From an uncultured Sneathia sp. (GTDB taxonomy: Bacteria > Fusobacteriota > Fusobacteriia > Fusobacteriales > Leptotrichiaceae), in contig CABURZ010000010.1 of the NCBI GenBank assembly GCA_902494065.1, positions 1 to 24,000 on the forward strand: a stretch of 24,000 bases of DNA, in the 5' to 3' direction. The notes beneath the pieces were generated by a model. It was not told the DNA's origin. It searched no databases and was given only the letters and a program-made list of their open reading frames with translations. The number at the start of each line of letters is the position of its first letter. Position 1 is the stretch's first letter. Below are positions 8,452-16,862 of this stretch, in pieces. The position numbers and the translations under genes are program-made.

Positions 8452-8507
8452 AAATTTACACAATTTACTTGACAAACCCAAATTTACACAATTTACTTGA
8501 CAAACCC
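8452..8507. repeat. Perfect tandem direct repeat, 2 x 28 bp (AAATTTACACAATTTACTTGACAAACCC), iteron-like
   Basis: 8452-8479 and 8480-8507 are identical. Each unit contains two AATTTAC sub-repeats and a TTGACA. A ~30-bp pure A/T stretch (8425-8458) precedes it. Confidence 0.95.
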
Positions 8508-8511
8508 TAAT

Positions 8512-10482
8512 TCAGTTAATTTTATTTGAAATTAATAACTTTTCTAGTCTATCAACCTTATCTTTATATTCCTTTAATTCTCTTTCTAAATTTTCAACCT
8601 TTTTATCATTTACTAAATATCTATTTTTGCCTAAAACTACTCCAATTCCAGCTCCTACTGCAATATTTCCTTTATTATTAATTGATCCACTTAGTTTATA
8701 TACAAAGTTACCACTATTATTTTGTCCACTAATTCCTATTGCTAGTGAATGTGATGCTCCATAATATCCATACGCTGCACTTAGATTAAATTTATCATCC
8801 CCACTTACTTGTGGTAGATTTGCTATTGCAATAGCGTTTGATACTCCACTTAAAGCTAAATCTGATTTCTCATTTGCATCATCTATTCTTTTATTCATTT
8901 GTTTTTTTTCTTTTGATGATAAACTTGCCCCTTTTGTTATATCTTTAAAAAATTCATCTTCTGTTGCATTAGGTTTTTTATTTTTATCTTTCCATACTTC
9001 AAAGGCACTCTTTCCATCTTTTCCATTATTTCCCTTTTCTCCTTTAAGTGATGCTATAAAGTCTGATTCACTCTTACCTTCATTACCTTTTTGTTTTAAC
9101 CAACTTTGATATGCTGATTCTCCATCACCTTTAGCTCCTTTTTCTCCTTTAAGAGAAGCTAAGAAATCTTGCACTGATTTATCTTTATTTTTAACATCTG
9201 ATTCTTTCCATATTTCATACGCACTCTTACCTACTTTTGTACTTACTTCTCTATCTACATAGCTTTTCATTTGTTTTAGTTGTGCAACATTAACAGCATC
9301 TGTGTCATTAGTTCCTGCTGCAAGATTTGTTAATTGTCTTGCATAACCAGTTTGCCCAATTGATAGTGCTCCTGCAGTTGATTTCCAAATACTTATTATA
9401 TCTCTATTTGCTTTAACAGCTGGTATAAAATCCTTGTTATTATCAAGCCATTCTTTTTTCTCTTTTTCAATTTTTGCTTTTTCTTCTTTTGTACTTGCAT
9501 TTTCATATTTAGTTATCATTGCATTATATTCATCTTTTTTATTTGCAATTATTTTTTTATTTTTTTCATATTCTTCTTTTTTATCAGTCATTTTCAAAAT
9601 TTCATCAATACTAGTAATTTCTTTTGTAACGCCATATCCAAGCTGACCTTTGTCTTTATCGGCAACAGAATTTTCTCCTAATGCTATACCGCCTTCTACA
9701 TTTGATTTTGAAAAGGATCCTATTGAAACTCCAAAATCTTTATCTGATTTAGAACTAAGACCAAATGCAATTGTTCCCTTATTCAATGCTTTAGCACCAT
9801 TCCCCATAGCCTGAGAACCAATACCACTAGATATAGTATGATCTCCTATTGCAATCGAACTTCTTTTTGTTTATTCCGCTTTATGACCTATTGATATTGC
9901 ATATGTTTCTGTTGCTTTTGATTCATCACCTATAGTAACTCCTCTACTAGCTTTTGAATACGCTTTATTTCCTATTGCTACCGTGCTTAGCGACAACGCT
10001 TCTGCATTATGACCTATTGCTACTGTATTTTCATAGGTACTAGTTTGGGCATCAGTACCAATTGCTATAGAATTAGGCCCATTTGATTTAGTATTTATAC
10101 CAATTGCTATGCTGTTTTGCCCTTGGGCAAAAGAATCATCACCTATTGATATATTTTTATCATGATATGCTTGAGCATTTTCCCCAATTTCAATTTTATT
10201 TTTATTTGATTTCAAAAGTGAAAAAATAAAATCTATTTTATTTAATTTACTTTTATATTTTTCAACATTATTAACCTTAACTTTTTCAAATTTTAATTTT
10301 TCACCACTAGTTAATTTATTATATTCATCATATGATACATAAATGTATTCTGAATTTTCAGATGTTTCTTCTTTAACAGAAGCACTTTCTTCCCCATATA
10401 CAAAATTTCCACAAATAAAAAGATCTATTATCAATAAAATACCTCTTTTACTTCTTTTAAAATTCCCTTTAGTATCTTCCAT
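8512..10482 (-). pseudogene. YadA-like trimeric autotransporter adhesin interrupted by one in-frame TAA (two track ORFs, 9871-10482 and 8512-9807, share a frame)
   Basis: The N-terminal part has a signal-like segment and YadA head repeats (NSIAIG, SIAIGTDA, TVAIGHNAEA, TVAIGNKAYS, AISIGHKAE). After the TAA at 9871-9873 the same frame continues TKRSSIAIGDHTISSGIGSQAMGNGAKAL with more head repeats. It then carries the neck motif RQLTNLAAGTNDTDAVNVAQLKQ and the YadA anchor (NAIAIANLPQV...FNLSAAYGYYGASHSLAIGISG...IAVGAGIGVVLG). The distance 10482 to 9807 is 675 nt, which is divisible by 3. Confidence 0.85.
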
Positions 10483-10502
10483 CTAAATCATCTCCTCAAT
10501 AA

Positions 10503-10529
10503 ATTGTACCCCCCCACCACGTTTTTCAA
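10503..10529 (-). promoter_or_regulatory. Putative adhesin promoter with a homopolymeric G tract in a 15-nt spacer
   Basis: Minus strand reads TTGAAA (10529-10524), aacgtggtGGGGGGG (15 nt), TACAAT (10508-10503), then GAGGAGA 8 nt before the ATG at 10482. Confidence 0.45.
10509..10515. repeat. C7/G7 homopolymer tract
   Basis: Seven consecutive C on the plus strand, which is conspicuous in this A+T-rich DNA. It lies entirely within the promoter spacer above. Confidence 0.95.
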
Positions 10530-10624
10530 GGCATTTTATTTTTTCTTTATTAACCTTTATTTATTATTTAGTTATACTTGTGTATCTATTGATTTTTAAA
10601 CTTCAAACTTTTATTTACCAAATT

Positions 10625-10650
10625 AAAAATGCCACAAATGTGGCATTTTT
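10625..10650 (-). terminator. Rho-independent terminator after trxA (symmetrical A5/T5 flanks)
   Basis: AAAAATGCCACaaatGTGGCATTTTT: 7-bp GC-containing stem, 4-nt loop, 6 nt after the trxA stop. Confidence 0.65.
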
Positions 10651-10655
10651 AATTC

Positions 10656-10988
10656 CTATTTTGTTGCTTTTTCAACTTCACTAGCTAATTGTTCTTTTGA
10701 TCTTCCACCAATTAATGTTTCAACTGGTTTACCATCTTTAAATATTACTATAGTTGGTATACTTCTAACTCCGTAAAATGCTGCCAAATCTTGATATTGA
10801 TCAACGTCTACTTTAACTATGCTATAATCCACTTCTTCACTTAATTCATCTAAAACAGGTCCTAGTGCACGACAAGGTCCACACCAAGTAGCAAAGAAAT
10901 CAACTACTGTAACACCATTTTTTGTTACAACTGTTTCTAGCATATTGTCAACGTTATTTTCTCCTCCATAATGTATTACTTTACTCAT
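10656..10988 (-). CDS. trxA: Thioredoxin
   Basis: FFATWCGPCRALGPVL has the WCGPC active site in a ~110-aa protein. GGAGGG SD. The gene starts 9 nt after the nox stop, so it is probably co-transcribed. Confidence 0.92.
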   Translation of the reverse strand: MSKVIHYGGENNVDNMLETVVTKNGVTVVDFFATWCGPCRALGPVLDELSEEVDYSIVKVDVDQYQDLAAFYGVRSIPTIVIFKDGKPVETLIGGRSKEQLASEVEKATK

Positions 10989-10997
10989 TTTACCCTC

Positions 10998-12326
10998 CTA
11001 TTTAGCAGATAATGCTGCCATTGTTATATAATTATATGGTTGATTAAAGTGTGGCAAGAAGAATATATCTAACAATTTAAATTTATCAATTGTAATTCCT
11101 TCTTGTATTGCAAGTGAGAACACGTGAATTCCCATTGAAATATCATACTTAGATGCTATTTGTGCTCCAACTATTCTTCTGCTTCCTTTTTCATATACTA
11201 TTTTTATCATAACTTTTTCATTTTTACTTTCCATAAATCCTGGTTTTTGTAAGTCTGAAAAACTTGTTGATAAAACATCCATACCTAAAGCTTTTGCTTT
11301 TTCTTCTGATAATCCAGTAGAAACCATGTTAAATCCATAAATAGATATACCGTTTGAGCCTTGAACACCTATTGATTCTAATTTTGTTCCACACGCATTA
11401 TGAGCCGCTATTATTCCTGATCTAACTGCATTAGTTGCAAGTGCTATATAGTTTATACCTCTTACTGCATTATCATATATAGTCGCACAATCTCCTATAG
11501 CATACACATCTTTTACACTTGTTTGTTGTGTTCTATCAACCTTGTATGCATTCTTGAATAATTCTAATTTATCTTTCAATAAATCTGTATTAGGTCTAAA
11601 TCCAACACACATTATTACCATATCAGTAGCTATTTCACCCTTATCAGTTAAAACTGATTCTACTTTATTAGTTCCCTTTATTTCTAATAATTTTTCACCA
11701 TAGTGTGTTTTAATTCCATTTTCAACTAATACCTTATTCATTTCACATCTAAATTCTTTATCATAATATGTAGATAGACACATATCACATGCATCAAGTA
11801 ATGCTACTTCTTTACCTAGTCTCTTAAATGCTTCTGCTAATTCTACTCCTATGTATCCTGCACCAACAACAGTTACGTGATTAATACTTTCATGATTTAA
11901 TTTATCAATAACTTCTTTTGCATTTTGGAATAATTTAACAAATTGAACATTTTCTAATTCTCTACCTTTAATTGGTAAATCAATAGGTAATGATCCTGTT
12001 GATAATATTAATTTGTCATAGCTTTGTTCATAAGTTTTGCCATCTTTCCCTTTAGCATATACCATTTTTTTATCAAAGTCAATATTAGTAACTTCTGTTT
12101 CCATATATACTTTTGCACCTTTTGATTCAAAAACATCTTTTGAACAATAAAACAATCCGTCTGATCCTTTAATTTGTTTACCAATCCATAATGCCATACC
12201 ACAACCAAGAAAACTTAAATTATTATTTTTTTCAAAAATTACAACTTCATTCCCCTTGTAATTATCTAAAATTGTATTTATTGCAGCTGTTCCTGCATGG
12301 TTTGCACCTATTACTACAATTTTCAT
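10998..12326 (-). CDS. nox: NADH oxidase (pyridine nucleotide-disulfide oxidoreductase, single redox-active Cys type)
   Basis: [14 protein letters not shown] is the FAD-binding fold. [14 protein letters not shown] matches the Nox/Npx active-site Cys motif, and [15 protein letters not shown] is the NAD fold. The start was moved to the ATG at 12326 (MKIVVIG), preceded by GGAGG. The track start at 12338 includes that SD. Confidence 0.85.
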   Translation of the reverse strand: MKIVVIGANHAGTAAINTILDNYKGNEVVIFEKNNNLSFLGCGMALWIGKQIKGSDGLFYCSKDVFESKGAKVYMETEVTNIDFDKKMVYAKGKDGKTYEQSYDKLILSTGSLPIDLPIKGRELENVQFVKLFQNAKEVIDKLNHESINHVTVVGAGYIGVELAEAFKRLGKEVALLDACDMCLSTYYDKEFRCEMNKVLVENGIKTHYGEKLLEIKGTNKVESVLTDKGEIATDMVIMCVGFRPNTDLLKDKLELFKNAYKVDRTQQTSVKDVYAIGDCATIYDNAVRGINYIALATNAVRSGIIAAHNACGTKLESIGVQGSNGISIYGFNMVSTGLSEEKAKALGMDVLSTSFSDLQKPGFMESKNEKVMIKIVYEKGSRRIVGAQIASKYDISMGIHVFSLAIQEGITIDKFKLLDIFFLPHFNQPYNYITMAALSAK

Positions 12327-12365
12327 TTCTACCTCCATTATTGTTAAAGTTTACTTTACATGTTT

Positions 12366-12393
12366 ATTATATCACATTAAATTTTTTTTGCAA
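12366..12393 (-). promoter_or_regulatory. Putative nox-trxA promoter
   Basis: Minus strand reads TTGCAA (12393-12388), 16 nt, TGaTATAAT (extended -10, TATAAT at 12371-12366). Confidence 0.5.
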
Positions 12394-12411
12394 GAAATTT
12401 GCTAACATTGT

Positions 12412-12437
12412 AAAAAAAAAGGCTAGTTTCCTAGCCT
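12412..12437 (-). terminator. Rho-independent terminator of the ABC importer operon
   Basis: Minus strand reads AGGCTAG-gaaa-CTAGCCT followed by T9. The stem touches the ATPase stop codon. Confidence 0.75.
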
Positions 12438-13147
12438 TATTTTATTACATCAAATATCTCTTTTTTTATCTTACTCATAGCTTCTTCATTTTTTTCTATA
12501 TTAAACTTTTTTACAAATCTTCCAGGCTTTCCTAAAAGAACATATACTGTATCTGCTAATTTAATAGCTTCATCAATATCATGCGTAATCAAAAGACAAG
12601 TTAAATTTAAATCTTTTTTTAAATTTAAAAACCAATCATACATTCTATTTTTTGTAATATAGTCTAATGCTGAAAAAGGTTCATCTAGCAACACAACTTT
12701 ATCACTAAACATATATGTACGAAATAATGCTACTCTTTGTCTTTGACCACCTGATAATTCACGTGGATATCTTTTAAGTAAACCCTCTAGTCCAAACTTT
12801 TCTACATTTTTCTCTATTTTATTTCTTATTTTCTCTTTGTCTACACCTTGAATTATTAGGGGTAATGCAATGTTATCATAGACAGTATAAAAATCAAGTA
12901 ATAAATCTTTTTGTAGCATATAGCTTAATTTAGCAGTTTTTCCTGTGATATTTTCATTATCAAAATATACATTTCCACTTGTGGGTACTAAAATTCCTGC
13001 CAAAATATTAAACAATGTTGATTTACCTACTCCACTAGGTCCTATTACCCCTACTGTTTCATTTTCACTAACCTCAAAAGATATATTGTCTAATATTTTT
13101 TCATTTCCAAAACTATGACTAATATCTTTAATGTTTAAGATATTCAT
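12437..13147 (-). CDS. ABC transporter ATP-binding protein (ThiZ-like; nitrate/sulfonate/taurine-type family)
   Basis: Walker A GPSGVGKST, signature LSGGQRQRV, Walker B VVLLDEPFSALD. The ATG at 13147 (MNILNIKD) is preferred over the track GTG at 13165 because AGGA lies 7 nt upstream. Confidence 0.85.
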   Translation of the reverse strand: MNILNIKDISHSFGNEKILDNISFEVSENETVGVIGPSGVGKSTLFNILAGILVPTSGNVYFDNENITGKTAKLSYMLQKDLLLDFYTVYDNIALPLIIQGVDKEKIRNKIEKNVEKFGLEGLLKRYPRELSGGQRQRVALFRTYMFSDKVVLLDEPFSALDYITKNRMYDWFLNLKKDLNLTCLLITHDIDEAIKLADTVYVLLGKPGRFVKKFNIEKNEEAMSKIKKEIFDVIK

Positions 13148-14102
13148 TTGTAAATCCTGCTCCACTTTCTAATTTTTTATCTATTAATTTTTTGTCATAT
13201 AACCAATTATAGAATCTATCCCATCTATTTTTATCAATTACTCCCCATTTTCCATCTTTTGTTAAATAGAAATTAGCTATACTCTTTTGGCTTTCACGAA
13301 TAAGTTCTGGATTACCTTCAGGTGCATTTTTAATTAAAATATCAGCTGCTTTATCAGGATTTTCTACAGCATATCTATAACCTTTTTCTAAAGCAATTAA
13401 TACTTTTTTAGCTATTTCTGGTTTTTGTTTTAAAAATTCATTATTAGCTATTAATACTGGTGTATAATAATCAAATTTAGGTTCGTAATCTGCTAGATAG
13501 AAGAAATTAACATCTACTCCTTTTAATCTTGCATTAATCAAATCCCAATTACTGTATACTATAATATAGTCATATTGATTTGCTTTTAGTCCTGCTGTCG
13601 CATCTGTACTTTCTCCTGGAACCATTTTTAAGTCATTACCAACTATTTCTCTTACTGTTGCATCATCAATAGGATCTTCCCATGTAGAATATCTTTTTCC
13701 ACTTAAATCCTTAGGACTATTAGCTCCAAGTGATTTCAAACTCATAAGTCCTGCTGTATTTTTTTGTAATATAGCTGCTATTGCAGTAATAGGTGTATTT
13801 TTCAACAATCTTTTTACCATATTTGGTTGAAAATATATTCCAAGTTCTGCTCTACCTGCTCCAACTATACTAGCTGAACTATCTTCTGCTGGTTGCACTA
13901 TATCTAAATCTATACCTTGTTCCTTAAAATATCCTAAATCTTTTGCAACAAATATACCAGTATGATTTGTATTTGGTACCCAATCTAAAACAAGAGTTAC
14001 CTTTTCTAATTTTGCACTTTCTGCTTGCTTTTTAGGTCCGCAACTAATTAAAGTAAATAGTAAAACTACAACTTCAAATAAAACCATTAATTTCTTTTTC
14101 AT
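13128..14102 (-). CDS. NMT1/THI5-like ABC substrate-binding lipoprotein (ThiY-like, probable hydroxymethylpyrimidine/thiamine-precursor binding)
   Basis: Lipoprotein signal with lipobox LISC. LDWVPNTNHTGIFVAKDLGYFKEQGIDLDI is typical of the NMT1/THI5 fold. The operon lies downstream of a TPP riboswitch. Confidence 0.8.
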   Translation of the reverse strand: MKKKLMVLFEVVVLLFTLISCGPKKQAESAKLEKVTLVLDWVPNTNHTGIFVAKDLGYFKEQGIDLDIVQPAEDSSASIVGAGRAELGIYFQPNMVKRLLKNTPITAIAAILQKNTAGLMSLKSLGANSPKDLSGKRYSTWEDPIDDATVREIVGNDLKMVPGESTDATAGLKANQYDYIIVYSNWDLINARLKGVDVNFFYLADYEPKFDYYTPVLIANNEFLKQKPEIAKKVLIALEKGYRYAVENPDKAADILIKNAPEGNPELIRESQKSIANFYLTKDGKWGVIDKNRWDRFYNWLYDKKLIDKKLESGAGFTNEYLKH

Positions 14103-14113
14103 TTTTCCTCCTA

Positions 14114-14842
14114 CTAATTTTTTACAATTTTCTTTTCTAATACATCAATTAATGACATAAGTACTAGACTTAGAAAAGTTATGAAAAATATTACTGCAAA
14201 CATCTTATCTAAGGCAAAAGCTTTTTTAACTCTTGTCATATATACTCCAAGTCCATAATATCCACCTAGCCATTCCGCAACAACTGCTGATATCAATGAA
14301 TATGACATTGATACCTTAAGTCCTGAGAAAAAATAGCTAAAGCTTGTTGGTATTTTTAAATAACGGTACATTTGATATGTATTAGCTCCCATTGATTTCA
14401 ATAAATTTATCTTATCAATATCTACTGACTTATATCCATTTAATAACGATATAGTTATGGGAAAGAAAGTAGATAAAACAACTAATACAATTTTAGGTTT
14501 CATGTAATAACCTAACCATATTATTAAAAGTGGTGCAATTGCTATCGTCGGTATAGTTTGAGTTAAAATTATCACTGGATAAACCATATCATATATGGGT
14601 GTATATAGATCCATAAGTAGTGATAATACAAAACTAAGCAATATCCCTATAGCAACACCTATAAATGCAACTGTTAAAGTAAAATACGTATGTTGCATTA
14701 GTAAATTAAAATCTAGATAAAAAGCTTTTATAACTTGATATGGTGATGGTAGCAAAAATTCAGATATTAAATGAAATCTACACATAATTTCCCATATAAT
14801 TATTAAAATTATTACTAGACTATAATTTTTAATCTTCTTCAT
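14114..14842 (-). CDS. ABC transporter permease (ThiX-like)
   Basis: Six-TM BPD-type permease. The start was moved to the ATG at 14842 (MKKIKNY), with GGGGAG 8 nt upstream. The track's N-terminal 15 aa (to 14887) are translated riboswitch expression platform. Confidence 0.8.
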   Translation of the reverse strand: MKKIKNYSLVIILIIIWEIMCRFHLISEFLLPSPYQVIKAFYLDFNLLMQHTYFTLTVAFIGVAIGILLSFVLSLLMDLYTPIYDMVYPVIILTQTIPTIAIAPLLIIWLGYYMKPKIVLVVLSTFFPITISLLNGYKSVDIDKINLLKSMGANTYQMYRYLKIPTSFSYFFSGLKVSMSYSLISAVVAEWLGGYYGLGVYMTRVKKAFALDKMFAVIFFITFLSLVLMSLIDVLEKKIVKN

Positions 14843-14875
14843 AAAAAAAACTCCCCTACGAGAGTCAAATGCACT

Positions 14876-14962
14876 AAAAAATAACATAACTCCCTACGTC
14901 AGAATTACCTGTATCAGGTTAAGGGTATAATCTCAGCCTAAGCACCCCTGTTTGTTAATAAT
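14876..14962 (-). promoter_or_regulatory. TPP (THI-box) riboswitch
   Basis: Minus strand reads ACAGGGGTGCttaGGCTGAGAttatACCCTTAACCTGATaCAGGTAATtCTGACGTAGGGAG, which carries all the conserved THI-box blocks (GGGGTGC, CTGAGA, ACCC, AACCTGAT, GGTAAT, CGTAGGGA). It is followed by a weak hairpin plus T8 that embeds the SD. Confidence 0.92.
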
Positions 14963-14990
14963 ATTATACATCATTTAAAAAAAATATCAA
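14963..14990 (-). promoter_or_regulatory. Putative promoter driving the TPP riboswitch/ABC operon
   Basis: Minus strand reads TTGATA (14990-14985), 16 nt, TATAAT (14968-14963), immediately upstream of the aptamer. Confidence 0.5.
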
Positions 14991-15011
14991 TAATTTTTAT
15001 AGTTTATATTT

Positions 15012-15046
15012 TCACAAAATAAATAACCTCTAGAATCCTAGAGGTT
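15012..15046 (-). terminator. Rho-independent terminator after the porin gene
   Basis: Minus strand reads AACCTCTAG-gatt-CTAGAGGTT (15046-15025) followed by ATTTATTTTGTG. It starts 12 nt after the stop. Confidence 0.65.
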
Positions 15047-15058
15047 AAAATATTGATA

Positions 15059-16351
15059 TTACCATTTATATTCAACATTTAAACTAGTCTTAATTGTTGT
15101 TGATTTATAATCAAATTTTGAATTAACATTACCAAATTCTATAGGTAATTCCACTCCACCTTTAAGTGTTAAGTTTTCAATTGGTTTGTATTCAGCATTA
15201 ACTTTTGGAGTTAATGTTAAATTAGGAGTTACAATTCTTTTTTTGCCTTGCATATATGTGACTAAACTTACATATGCATTAGCTTCAGGTGATACCTTAA
15301 ATTTATTAGTTACATCATAGTTGTATTTAACATTTACATCAAATACAAATATTCCTTGTGTTAATTTAATTCTATCTTTAACATCATCAATCTTTGAAAC
15401 AAATTTAACATCACTTGTTCTTCCTGCTAATAAAGTTTTACCAGTTAATGTTAATTTATCATTTAGCATTTTATATTCAGCACCAAATTCTGAACCATAC
15501 ACTATAACATTTTTCTTTTCATCTTCAGATATTTTGTATCCATTAAAATGTGCTACAAAAGGTTTAGCCATTATTGTTAAATGTTTTATTCCTGTATATT
15601 CAGCATTTAATTCATATGAATGCATATATCTAATTGGTGCTTCAGCATATAATTTGTAGTTTAACATTTTGTATTCATCTTTCAAGTCGCTGTTTATATT
15701 TCTCTTAAAATTAACTTTACCAGTTAACTTAAGATCTTTTACTTTATCATATGTTGCTTCTGCTTCTCCACTTACGTTTTTAATAGCTTTTGCATTCTTT
15801 TCAATTGTATTGTATGTATGAACTAATTTAATGTTTGCTTTTACATCTTTTAATACTGATGCTTCTTTCGCTTCTACATATAGCTTATGTTCTGATACTG
15901 TTTCTTCTCCTAACTTTTTATTTTCTTCTAATTTCAATGAGAGTGTAGTATTAGAATTTAATCCAACTTTCACACCATTTATTGTGTAATTTACATCATC
16001 CTCTAAGTTTAATTTAGTTGTTTCTTTGTATGTTGCTTTTATACTTGAATTTATACCTTTTATTTCTGGTAATTCATATTTTGCCCATACATTTGAGTCT
16101 TTAGTAGCTAATGCATATGATGGAGCAGCTATAAATCCTTTAACATCTTTTAATTTAAATTCTCCTCCAAAGCTAAATCCTGTATCTTTTACTTTAACTT
16201 CTGTACCTATTTTTGATTCAGAAATTTTGTGTTCTTGTATTGTTTTTTCAAATTTTGATTCAGTTCCTGTACCTAAATATACTTTACCTGTAGTTCCACT
16301 AGCTACAGCAGTCATTGCAATTAAGCTTGCTAACATAAATGTTTTTTTCAT
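15059..16351 (-). CDS. Outer-membrane beta-barrel protein (putative porin), family not recognised
   Basis: Signal peptide MKKTFMLASLIAMTAVASG. Long runs of alternating polar/hydrophobic residues suggest beta-strands. C-terminal ...LNVEYKW is an aromatic terminus typical of BAM substrates. AAGGAGA SD. Confidence 0.65.
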   Translation of the reverse strand: MKKTFMLASLIAMTAVASGTTGKVYLGTGTESKFEKTIQEHKISESKIGTEVKVKDTGFSFGGEFKLKDVKGFIAAPSYALATKDSNVWAKYELPEIKGINSSIKATYKETTKLNLEDDVNYTINGVKVGLNSNTTLSLKLEENKKLGEETVSEHKLYVEAKEASVLKDVKANIKLVHTYNTIEKNAKAIKNVSGEAEATYDKVKDLKLTGKVNFKRNINSDLKDEYKMLNYKLYAEAPIRYMHSYELNAEYTGIKHLTIMAKPFVAHFNGYKISEDEKKNVIVYGSEFGAEYKMLNDKLTLTGKTLLAGRTSDVKFVSKIDDVKDRIKLTQGIFVFDVNVKYNYDVTNKFKVSPEANAYVSLVTYMQGKKRIVTPNLTLTPKVNAEYKPIENLTLKGGVELPIEFGNVNSKFDYKSTTIKTSLNVEYKW

Positions 16352-16415
16352 TGTTTTTTTCTCCTTTTTCTTTAAAAACTTAATTATTTTATAGTAGTCA
16401 TGTATATTTTAATGT

Positions 16416-16432
16416 AAAAAAAAAAAAAAAAA
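16416..16432. repeat. A17/T17 homopolymer tract
   Basis: 17 consecutive A on the plus strand (T17 on the coding strand), 65-81 nt upstream of the porin ATG and about 100 nt downstream of the cellobiose-operon EIIA stop. Confidence 0.95.
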
Positions 16433-16535
16433 GAGGCAAATAAAAAAATATTAGTTTCTTTTTTAGCTCTCTTTTTATTTTTGTTTATATATTACCATAC
16501 ATTATTTAACCATTTTTGATTTTTTTAAGCATTTT

Positions 16536-16853
16536 CTAATTCTTTTTAATCTTATCACAAAGTTTAATTAATTTAGTTGCAAGATTCTTAATTTCTATAG
16601 CACTCATCAAATGGTCTTGTGCGTGTATAAATAGTACAGATAATTCTGTTTTTTCACCACTAACTTCTTTTTGTATTAAATTAGTTTGTACTTCATGAGC
16701 TTTTAGTAAAAATTCTTCAGATTCTTTTATCTTTTCATTTGCCTTATCTATTTTACCATCTATCGCAAGATCTATAGCTTCATAACAAAGTCCTTTAACA
16801 TTACCTGCATTACTAATTATTTCAAATATTATTGTTTCCATTTCTTCACTCAT
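16536..16853 (-). CDS. PTS lactose/cellobiose-family EIIA component
   Basis: ~105-aa helical protein with the ...FIHAQDHLMSA phospho-His signature of the ChbA/CelC/LacF family. Confidence 0.9.
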   Translation of the reverse strand: MSEEMETIIFEIISNAGNVKGLCYEAIDLAIDGKIDKANEKIKESEEFLLKAHEVQTNLIQKEVSGEKTELSVLFIHAQDHLMSAIEIKNLATKLIKLCDKIKKN

Positions 16854-16862
16854 TTTTCCCCC

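Noticed and set aside
8452-8507. The 28-bp repeats as a mini CRISPR array.
   Set aside because: The two units are directly adjacent with no spacer between them. There are no cas genes and no partial palindrome typical of CRISPR repeats.
12008-12208. 66-aa minus-strand ORF nested inside nox, and similarly the 60-aa ORF at 22198-22380 inside the KPR-like gene.
   Set aside because: They are out-of-frame overlaps of genes with strong family signatures. They have no RBS and no recognisable motif.
14843-14887. N-terminal extensions of several track ORFs (14887, 1994, 6896, 12338, 13165, 20955, 22699, 23975 and 7056 as starts).
   Set aside because: In each case the extension begins at a GTG, TTG or ATG that overlaps or precedes the Shine-Dalgarno of a better-placed downstream ATG. 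For 14887 it translates the TPP riboswitch expression platform.
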